DNA of 63,990 nt, filler included, from an uncultured bacterium (GTDB taxonomy: Bacteria > CAZSTA01): NCBI GenBank assembly GCA_964609495.1. It is 7 parts of 7 records of this genome, joined end to end, with 100 filler letters (N's around TTAATTAATTAA, not from the genome) between each part and the next. Parts side by side here need not be neighbours in the genome. Positions count along the whole stretch, not along the records: positions 48,566 to 58,072 come from CAZSTA010000141.1; positions 58,173 to 63,990 come from CAZSTA010000221.1; 5 more parts are not named here. One strand, written 5' to 3'. Below the pieces are notes generated by a model that was not told the DNA's origin, did not search any database, and saw nothing but the letters and a program-made list of their open reading frames with translations. Of the stretch, positions 50,641-58,471 are shown one piece after another. Position 1 is the stretch's first letter, and every line of letters starts with the position of its first letter. The translations under genes and the position numbers were made by a program.

Positions 50641-50874
50641 AAGGTTAAGATCTAGATCGAGAGTCTTATTGAGGGCAATCAGCAATTTGATGAGCTTGTC
50701 TTGCTCTCCTTGATACTCCCTATTCTCCTCGGCTTCCAGGAGGCGATTATAGAAGGCATTGCCTATCTAAGTGATCCTCCAGGATAGGAGCGAATATCTT
50801 CAAGAGGGTTATATCCTCATCTGAAGCTCAACAAATTGCTTCATCTCCTCAATAAAGGACAAGGCTTCGGCCAT
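50641..50874 (-). pseudogene. degraded protoglobin/sensor-globin-like gene
   Basis: GGAGG RBS; fragments MAEALSFIEEMKQFVEL / DEDITLLKIFAPILEDHLD / NAFYNRLL...LIALNKTLDLDL separated by two frameshifts; middle missing. Confidence 0.55.
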
Positions 50875-50917
50875 AGCCTCCCTCCCTTCTACTTAATTTA
50901 CGGGACTGTCGGCGCTA

Positions 50918-51190
50918 TCATCCGACCTTGGCTTTTAGGACTTTGCTGGCTTTGAAGCGAGGGGCAGTTTTAGCGGGGATATGCAGTTTCTGCTTGGTCT
51001 GCGGATTGACCCCGGTTCTTGCTTTTCTCTGCACTACTTCGAAGCTCCCGAAGCCAATAATCGTTACCTTCTCACCCTTGGTCAAAGCACCAGCGATAAC
51101 CTCAAAGACGGAATCCACCGCCGCCTTGGTGTCCTTCTTGGTGAGACCCGCTTTTTCTGCCGTTGCGCTTATAAGCTCCTTTTTGTTCAT
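50918..51190 (-). CDS. hup: histone-like DNA-binding protein HU
   Basis: MNKKELI, GFGSF, R.GVNPQT, P.FKASK. Confidence 0.96.
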   Translation of the reverse strand: MNKKELISATAEKAGLTKKDTKAAVDSVFEVIAGALTKGEKVTIIGFGSFEVVQRKARTGVNPQTKQKLHIPAKTAPRFKASKVLKAKVG

Positions 51191-51532
51191 AAGTCAACCC
51201 TCCTTTTTAGTTTATTAATTCATCACGATTGAGACTCTAAGAGCCAAAATCTCTCTCTAATTGCCGAATTTCCTTACTATCAGGGGGATAAAACACCTTG
51301 TTTACTTTTTATCGAGCTATTTCCTAAAGGGTCAATCTACTTTCTTCGGAATAAGTATTCCCTTCTTCTCGGTATTGACACCTAAAAAAAGCGTTATACT
51401 CCCCTTTACCTAAAGTATTATATATCAAAATTCGCTCTATGTCAAGGATTTTAGGCTTATTTTTTAAATTTTTTTGTAAATTTTTAAATAAAAACCTTCT
51501 GATTGATATCAGAAGGCCATTTTAAATCTAAT

Positions 51533-51694
51533 TTAGGGTTTTTCATTAGCTCTTCGCGCTTTATCCTCTGCCTCCTTTCTATTCTTTCCCCGATGCCAGT
51601 TGCCATATTTGTCCTGAACAACATATATCTCCCTCTCCTTATTCCGCAAGGCTCTTTTACTGATATGTGCTTTCGGCTCCTCTCTCTTAGCCAT
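51533..51694 (-). CDS. small basic protein (53 aa)
   Basis: AAGGAGG RBS; MAKREEPKAHISKRALRNKEREIYVVQDKYGNWHRGKNRKEAEDKARRANEKP. Confidence 0.6.
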   Translation of the reverse strand: MAKREEPKAHISKRALRNKEREIYVVQDKYGNWHRGKNRKEAEDKARRANEKP

Positions 51695-51855
51695 AACTTT
51701 ACCCCTCCTTATTTATTGGACTACGAGCTCTCTTCACAACTAGATAAGGCAGTTTGAAATATTTATGGATGAGCTGATTATCTATTTGAAACTACTTAAA
51801 GTGAGAATTACATCGGATCTGAAGGGAGGATCCGACGCGATAATCGTGGCTAATT

Positions 51856-53289
51856 CTACAAGAATAGCGCTAACAGCACCAGTACCACCAACCCTATTAA
51901 TATCGCGGTAGGTGGGCCTTTCTTACCACCTCCATCGGCGGGCGGTGGCTCCTCCTCGCCCTCAACGCGCATATCAGCGGATATACTGGTCCCCTGTTGG
52001 CTTATATTGACGACTGCTACTGAACTATCCTTCCCTGAATAACTCTTGCTATTCGGATTAGTGGTCAGACTGAAATTTGTGTTGCCAGTGCTTCCCGGGA
52101 AGGGATCTCCACTATCGCCATCGTTATTACCATTCTCCAGATGTCTCTTTCCATCAGCCTGCATCAGACCAACCATATAGTGCCGCTCGTTATCGTTATC
52201 ATCCATTCCCTCATCTATATGCCATATCAGAAGTCCTTCTCCCGGTAAATATCTATCGGAGCCTATCTTCCCTCGATTCTCAATCAAGAAGTATTCTTTT
52301 CCTGCTGAACCATTCGTCCAGAGGCGATAGACACCGGTCGAATCGGTCTCGACTGGAGGGATCGTTATCCCTTTCCTGTTCTTCTCAAGTCTCTGGGGGA
52401 TCACCCATCCCAGCTCCTTCTTGCACCAGGCAGAGAGATGAGCAGGATTATTACCGCCGTTGTTCCAACTCCCAAAGGACATCAAGCACCAAGCTCCAGC
52501 TCCTGAAGATGAGCCATCGATATCATATAGATCTGGTAATCCTAACACATGTCCTAGCTCGTGGCAGAAGACACCTATATTCCCGTCCTCTGGCTCCATA
52601 GAATAGCGCCATACATAGACTCTCCTTCCCGCGGCGTTGACATCATTCGTGGGGACTTTGTTCTTAGTCGTCCAAGCGTGAGACCAGATATCGTTGGGAT
52701 CGCCAGTGTATTCTGCTCCGGGGCCAGCATGAACCACGAAGAGCATATCTACGTAGCCATCATTATCCTGATCGAATTCGCCGAAGTCGATGTAGCTGTC
52801 AGCGATCTTCACCACATCTTCCACTAGCTTCTGGGCATTCTTAGGGTAATCCCCGAAGCCTTTACGCCCGTTCGCATAATAACTATAGGACTGGGGAGCG
52901 CGATACCAGGTGTTTAGCGAATCGCTCACCTGACCCGTTATATCGAGTCGGTTATAAGATACCTCCCAGTAGTAATCGCGCATGCTTCCGGTGGGATAAG
53001 TCCCCTTGGTGAAGAGCATATCCTCGAAGCTCGCTCTAGATCTAGTTGCTATCTTATCAGAGAAGTCCACCAGGAGAACGATCGCCTTTCCTACCCCAGT
53101 GGTGGGAATCATATTCGCTCCCATCGCGCGCATCTCCGCTAACGTAGGAGGAAAGTTCTCCTTAACTGTAGGGATATCTCGGCCGGGGAAGGGAGGCATC
53201 GCCCAAGCTGCACCTGCTCCTATTAAGATGGACATAGTAACCGCGATTAATATAGCTCCACCCTTGGAGAACAACTTGTTACTACTCAT
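51856..53289 (-). CDS. M6 (immune inhibitor A) family metalloprotease, secreted, with C-terminal membrane anchor
   Basis: Signal peptide then MPP, GS.RDYY.EVS, HELGH.LGLPDLY, EYFLIENR, GLLIWHID; terminal hydrophobic segment. Confidence 0.92.
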   Translation of the reverse strand: MSSNKLFSKGGAILIAVTMSILIGAGAAWAMPPFPGRDIPTVKENFPPTLAEMRAMGANMIPTTGVGKAIVLLVDFSDKIATRSRASFEDMLFTKGTYPTGSMRDYYWEVSYNRLDITGQVSDSLNTWYRAPQSYSYYANGRKGFGDYPKNAQKLVEDVVKIADSYIDFGEFDQDNDGYVDMLFVVHAGPGAEYTGDPNDIWSHAWTTKNKVPTNDVNAAGRRVYVWRYSMEPEDGNIGVFCHELGHVLGLPDLYDIDGSSSGAGAWCLMSFGSWNNGGNNPAHLSAWCKKELGWVIPQRLEKNRKGITIPPVETDSTGVYRLWTNGSAGKEYFLIENRGKIGSDRYLPGEGLLIWHIDEGMDDNDNERHYMVGLMQADGKRHLENGNNDGDSGDPFPGSTGNTNFSLTTNPNSKSYSGKDSSVAVVNISQQGTSISADMRVEGEEEPPPADGGGKKGPPTAILIGLVVLVLLALFL

Positions 53290-53305
53290 AGTCTAATCTC
53301 CTTTC

Positions 53306-54301
53306 TCACAAGTTTATCGGATATTTCCCGTATTTCCTAATAGCCTCGACCATAGCCACTGCATTTTCGGGCTTGCAGTAGTCCGTTACGCTGTTGGAGG
53401 AGGAGACCATATACCCGCCCCCAGGAGCTAGTTCCTTGATGCGTTGCTTGACCTCGGCATCTACTTTCTCAGGTGTTCCAAAGGTCAAGGTGTCAATATT
53501 TATATTCCCCACTAAGCAGATTCGATCTCCATATTTCTCTTTGAGGAAGAGGGGATCCATCGATCCGGGTTCGAGCGGATGGATCGCATTCATTCCCTGA
53601 CTCAACAGATCATCCATTATCGGCATTAGATCGCCATCACTATGGTAGATCCAAGGCAGGCTGATCTTATCCGCGACCTTCTTCGTCATCGGCAATAAAA
53701 TCTCTCGATAACTTTTGGGGGAGAAGAGGGTCCCGGTCTTGAAGGCGATATCATCCGCAGCCCACATAAAGTCGAAGCCAATCTCACAGAAACGCTCCCC
53801 TACTTTGGCGAGCCAATCGATATACATATTTAGTAGCTCTAACAGGAACTCCTGATCATCGTATAGCGCGATGCAGAAGGTCTCGAATCCCATGCTATGC
53901 CAAGTGGGATCCAATCCCAGGAAAAGTATCGCACAGGCGGCGAAATCCTCTTTATTGGCTACGAACTCCTCGGCAGGCTTGAAGAAGTCATCGTTCAGTT
54001 TGGGGAATTTGACCATCTTCAGATCGTCTTTGGACTTTATCAAGCCATCTCCCATCGCGCGACGCCCTTCGCTGCTTACTGACCATTCTACATAGAAGGG
54101 AGGAAGTCCTCCCCAATAGACGATATTATCGCGTCCAAATAGATGGGAGGTCTCGTTTTCGCTCAAGGGCCTGCTAGATTTTGCAACTGCCATCGCTATT
54201 GGAGGATCGATTAAGTGTTCGCAATAGGGGACTCGATCTGGCTCCTCCACTCTCAGCGCGGTTAATATTCTCTCTCTAGGTGTCATTTCACCCTTAGTCA
54301 T
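53306..54301 (-). CDS. uroporphyrinogen-decarboxylase family protein
   Basis: MTPRER...EPDRVP, ADDIA, YHSDG, LKEKYG, GNI, APGGGY, PEN..AM. Confidence 0.88.
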   Translation of the reverse strand: MTKGEMTPRERILTALRVEEPDRVPYCEHLIDPPIAMAVAKSSRPLSENETSHLFGRDNIVYWGGLPPFYVEWSVSSEGRRAMGDGLIKSKDDLKMVKFPKLNDDFFKPAEEFVANKEDFAACAILFLGLDPTWHSMGFETFCIALYDDQEFLLELLNMYIDWLAKVGERFCEIGFDFMWAADDIAFKTGTLFSPKSYREILLPMTKKVADKISLPWIYHSDGDLMPIMDDLLSQGMNAIHPLEPGSMDPLFLKEKYGDRICLVGNINIDTLTFGTPEKVDAEVKQRIKELAPGGGYMVSSSNSVTDYCKPENAVAMVEAIRKYGKYPINL

Positions 54302-54318
54302 ATTTCCAACTCCGTTTC

Positions 54319-57300
54319 TTATTTTAGTTCTGCGGTATGTTTGTTATAAGGAACTATACTAACCTTGCCCATAATACCGGTGGGGACTGGCTTGCCCAAC
54401 ATATTCGCCGAGGTGTTGGTAACGATTATCTCCAACTTATTCTCACCCTCGGTCACAAAGGAGGTTATATCTAAAACGTATGGACTCCAGAGGCATACGT
54501 CAGCCTTCTGACCGTTGATCAGGACTTCAGCGGTATTCCGAACATCCTCGAACTCAAGCATAAGCCTTTTATCGAGATAGCCCGAGGAGAGGATGAAGCT
54601 TTGACGGTAGGTGATCTCCCCGCTGTAATTAGGTAATCCCTGTTTAGTCAGATCGCCACTTTCGAGCTGACGATTGAACTCGACTACCTTATTACCTTTA
54701 ACCATAAAGCTACCCTCCAGGGCTATAGGCTCTATCCCATGAGTGCTGGGGAATTGAGAATGGAAGGCAGGCATCCTGGTCTTTATCGTGATCTTATTCT
54801 CTCCGATAGTAAGGTGATCTTTAAGAGCGATGCGCTTGTTGCATTTATCCCACAGGAAGTAATCCTCCGCTTGCTCATCGATCCGAGTGGAGTTGAGTGT
54901 TATCTCGATCGGCTCTCCTAGATCTTCATACACTAAACCGATATCCTCGGGGATATAGCTTACATTGAAGCTCGTCGTTATCTCATACTCCGAGCCAGGA
55001 GGCGGATAAATTTCCGTTATACCTAATCCAGCTCTCTTAGATATCTCCGAGAATAAGCTGAGTCGCTCGGAGATCCCCATATCTTCTATGTTGATACCAA
55101 GCATTGTCGGGATCTTATCCATCGTCTCCAGAAATTCAAAGATGGATGTATAGCGACTGATCGCCAATTTTTTACTACGAGGGCCTATCTGTTCCTTCAA
55201 CCTACTTATCGCCCCTAATATCCCAGTGGTCAATTTGGCTCGGAAGGATAGTTCCTTCATCTCCCATACACTTCCGATTTCTTCTTCCTTCTTTATCTCC
55301 TCCGCCGCGACGATCGTCCAAGGCTCCAACATAAACACGTTTCGCTGCTTCAATTCGATATTCCAAGTATTGGGAAGAACTATCGCCTCGATGATCCCAG
55401 TATCGGTAGTAACCGTCAAGAACTCCTCTCCAACCCGGATGAAGGGGTTATCGAGGCGAGAATAACCCTCAACTCCCTCAGAAGTGACCTCGGTCACGGC
55501 GATATTCGTTGAGGAGATATGAGGCGCTTCCTCCTGCGGTGAGATAACCAGATAGAGGGCCTCGTGAGGAGGGAAGGTATAAGGGACATAGGTGTTGTTA
55601 TCATCGGTCTCATAGGCATAAGCAGGCTGAATCTCACCGGTATCGGCGTGCCAAATCTCGACTCTTCCCTTAGCCCTAAGGCTTATCCTTGCTTTGATCT
55701 GTTTCGAGGAGAGGTTAGCTACGAAATAGAAATCGGTATCATCGATTCGGCGATGGAGATATACCATCGGATGGCGATCCTCGGTTTCGATCGCCAGATC
55801 AGCGGGAAGATAATCATTTAACACCTCGGTGAGTATCTTCTCCGCCTTTGCTTCCTCATCGACATCAACTCCGGATAGGTAGATAGCACAGCCGCCCTCA
55901 TCTCGCTCTCGGATTATGTATTCCCTAGTTCCGTCCTTCTTACCTAGAAGTCGCTTTGCTCTCCTTCCGAATATCTCTCCGATGAGTTCCGCGATTCTTG
56001 GATCGTTCTCCTTCTCTGGAGAGCTAGAGGGGAGAGACCCGAGAGCGATTATGATCCCTCCTGCTTTATAGAAATCCCTCAGTAGTTCAAGAACTTGAGT
56101 AGGGATAACCTTGATCGGTGGTAGGATAACCGCCCTGAATCGCTCTTGATTGATACGTAACGCGTCTTCCTCGACCTGAGCTTTCCCCTCGAGGACAACC
56201 TCCTCAAAGAGGTAATCATAATCCCTCTGGATATGCAGAAGTCCGTCGGAGATCGCGGTGAAGGAGTTCTTGAGTAGTTTCCAGCTATCGGATTTATTAT
56301 ATAAGGTATGTTCCGCCCACATAGAGCTCATCGGATAGAAGAGCAGGATATCGGCTATATGGATCCCTTGACTAACTAAATAGCTGTTTCGAGAGATATA
56401 GGCGGAGAATTTATCGTAGTATTTCCACCAGGGGGCTTGAACGAAATGGGTAGCTGGAAAGTCCCTCTTCCTTAATCCTTTCAAAGAGACGAAAGAGGCG
56501 TGGGGATTGAAGAGGTTAACGCCAGTAGCTAAGGCCCAATTAGTTGTATCTTTCAACTTCTCAAGGGTGGTGTCCCAGCCACATCCCCCGAATATCTCAC
56601 AGAGGGTTCGGTCTGCTCCCTTAGCATGAGCGGTGCTGCTCAACTGCTTAGGTCCTACGTTGAAGCCGAGGGAAGCCAGCATCGGATCATAGCCACTTTT
56701 ATCTCCTAAGTAATCGATCCCGGGTACGTTCATCTCCCCAATCGTAGCGTAGAAGCCCCCATGCTGATTGGGTAAGGAGGTGAGATCTTCCTCTAAGAGA
56801 AGATGTCCAGTGAATTTTAATCCCTTCTCATCGCACCATCTTCGGATCTGCTGGAAGAAGGCTTCCGTGTATAGCTCTAAGGCTATCTGATGATAGTCAC
56901 ATCTCGTCTTGATATAATCGCCACGTGAAAGCACTAGTTCGTGCATTTTATCAAGAAGATCGTATCCCTTACGCTTTTTGAATTCCTCCAAGAAGTTCTT
57001 CGTCCACTGGAGTCCGCGATAGTTCGCTGGCTCATCGGTGAAGATGCCGGGAATCGTATTCCCGAACTCCTCTGAGAATCGCTTAGCATATTCCTCATGG
57101 GTATAATCCATAAACTTTCGCACCGCGGCAGGATTTAGAAGATCTAGGTATCCTCTCTCCGCCTTAGCCCAAGGGGCATCTCCAGTCGAGAAGAACTGAT
57201 CGGGCATCACGCGGGTGAAGAATACTATCACCTGCCAACTACCATCCGAGGGCTTCCAACGAAAGGTGTTATCGCTAGATACACGCTCCCCTAAGTCTAT

Positions 57301-57750
57301 CCTCCTATCATCTCCTTCCTCGATAGCGACAGCTAATACTAACTCTGCATCATCGGGTAGGCTAGCTTCACAAGTAAAGCCTCTTTTCGCCTTAACAGTG
57401 ATATAATCGAGATAGGTTTGACGATACTCGGGATATTCTCTGAGTAACTTTCCTCCAACAGGCCCACTAGGCCAGTTGTATTCATCATACATCCAGGCTT
57501 GCATCTCTAACTCCTTCGCTTTCTCAACAGAAGCTTGGATACCTCTCCAGAATTGATCGGAGAGGTATTCCACCTCCATACCAGTCCGAGGATGCATAAA
57601 CACACCTGCTACGCCCTTCCTCTGCTGTTCCTCTAATGATCCCTGAAGACTCTCTGGAGATAGATCGTTGTTCATAAACCAGAAAGGCATAGGACCATAC
57701 TCAAAAGGCGGGTTTTTGAATTTATCTTTTAATTCCTCGCTTGTCATCAT
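54319..57750 (-). CDS. large glycoside hydrolase, GH106 alpha-L-rhamnosidase-like
   Basis: F.NPP...P.PFWF.N, HPR.G, YDE.NWPSG, FTDEP, E.FG..GW, C-terminal GH2-type sugar-binding domain. Confidence 0.8.
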   Translation of the reverse strand: MMTSEELKDKFKNPPFEYGPMPFWFMNNDLSPESLQGSLEEQQRKGVAGVFMHPRTGMEVEYLSDQFWRGIQASVEKAKELEMQAWMYDEYNWPSGPVGGKLLREYPEYRQTYLDYITVKAKRGFTCEASLPDDAELVLAVAIEEGDDRRIDLGERVSSDNTFRWKPSDGSWQVIVFFTRVMPDQFFSTGDAPWAKAERGYLDLLNPAAVRKFMDYTHEEYAKRFSEEFGNTIPGIFTDEPANYRGLQWTKNFLEEFKKRKGYDLLDKMHELVLSRGDYIKTRCDYHQIALELYTEAFFQQIRRWCDEKGLKFTGHLLLEEDLTSLPNQHGGFYATIGEMNVPGIDYLGDKSGYDPMLASLGFNVGPKQLSSTAHAKGADRTLCEIFGGCGWDTTLEKLKDTTNWALATGVNLFNPHASFVSLKGLRKRDFPATHFVQAPWWKYYDKFSAYISRNSYLVSQGIHIADILLFYPMSSMWAEHTLYNKSDSWKLLKNSFTAISDGLLHIQRDYDYLFEEVVLEGKAQVEEDALRINQERFRAVILPPIKVIPTQVLELLRDFYKAGGIIIALGSLPSSSPEKENDPRIAELIGEIFGRRAKRLLGKKDGTREYIIRERDEGGCAIYLSGVDVDEEAKAEKILTEVLNDYLPADLAIETEDRHPMVYLHRRIDDTDFYFVANLSSKQIKARISLRAKGRVEIWHADTGEIQPAYAYETDDNNTYVPYTFPPHEALYLVISPQEEAPHISSTNIAVTEVTSEGVEGYSRLDNPFIRVGEEFLTVTTDTGIIEAIVLPNTWNIELKQRNVFMLEPWTIVAAEEIKKEEEIGSVWEMKELSFRAKLTTGILGAISRLKEQIGPRSKKLAISRYTSIFEFLETMDKIPTMLGINIEDMGISERLSLFSEISKRAGLGITEIYPPPGSEYEITTSFNVSYIPEDIGLVYEDLGEPIEITLNSTRIDEQAEDYFLWDKCNKRIALKDHLTIGENKITIKTRMPAFHSQFPSTHGIEPIALEGSFMVKGNKVVEFNRQLESGDLTKQGLPNYSGEITYRQSFILSSGYLDKRLMLEFEDVRNTAEVLINGQKADVCLWSPYVLDITSFVTEGENKLEIIVTNTSANMLGKPVPTGIMGKVSIVPYNKHTAELK

Positions 57751-57852
57751 ATTTCCTCCTCTAATTTGTTATATTTCAACGATTCAACTTCATGTTGCCC
57801 CTACTATAGGGAGTCCGAGTGTGTGAATATTGCGCTAGCAGATTTAGGTTTA

Positions 57853-58072
57853 AACTCCCTTAAACCACCCTCCCCCTAACCCCCTCCCATCAAGAGAGGG
57901 GGAATAAAGGGCTTTAGCTCAATCTCGACGTTCCCTCTCCCCCTCGTGGGAGAGGGATAGGGTGAGGGGGAATTGGTCTTTAACTCCCTAACGAAGAACC
58001 AAGAATATGATACCCCCGATTATAAGTTCAAAAACCAAAAGGGAGGGGGGACTAAAGGGCTTTAGTTCAATC
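57853..58072. repeat. REP-like palindromic repeat copy 2 plus a partial third unit at contig end
   Basis: CCCTCCCCCTAACCCCCTCCC..GGG and CCCTCTCCCCCTCGTGGGAGAGGGATAGGGTGAGGG; matches 19294-19442. Confidence 0.85.
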
Positions 58073-58172
58073 NNNNNNNNNNNNNNNNNNNNNNNNNNNN
58101 NNNNNNNNNNNNNNNNTTAATTAATTAANNNNNNNNNNNNNNNNNNNNNNNNNNNNNNNNNNNNNNNNNNNN
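58073..58172. other. artificial contig linker
   Basis: N run with TTAATTAATTAA. Confidence 0.97.
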
Positions 58173-58458
58173 GATCGTCAATAACGAGCGGATCACAAAA
58201 TTCCTTGCGCTGAAATATCAAGCGGAGGGTGCTCATCAAGTCAAAGCTAATGTGGATAAGATCCCCGCCTTAAAGGTAGAGCCGATCGTGGATAAGTTGG
58301 TGAGCAAAACTGATGTGGTTCGACATAATTCTATAAAACTTGCTGAGCTGGTGATCAAGATAGTATCGAGGCGGATGGGAACTGGGAAACAGAGGATCAC
58401 CCTGTTCGGTCGCCGATTTCAAGATAATTTAGACAAGTTTAAGGTGATTAAAGGGTGA
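58173..58458 (+). CDS. C-terminal fragment of a YvcK/GlmR (gluconeogenesis factor) family protein
   Basis: IVNN...KYQAEGA..V...VVRHNSIKLA. Confidence 0.65.
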
Positions 58459-58471
58459 TCAAAAACCTTCC

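Noticed and set aside
51324-51410. yybP-ykoY-like words (AAAGGGGAGUA, GUCAAUAC, GACCCUUUA) in the hup leader
   Set aside because: The four-way junction cannot be built, the region overlaps promoter-like hexamers, and hup is an implausible target
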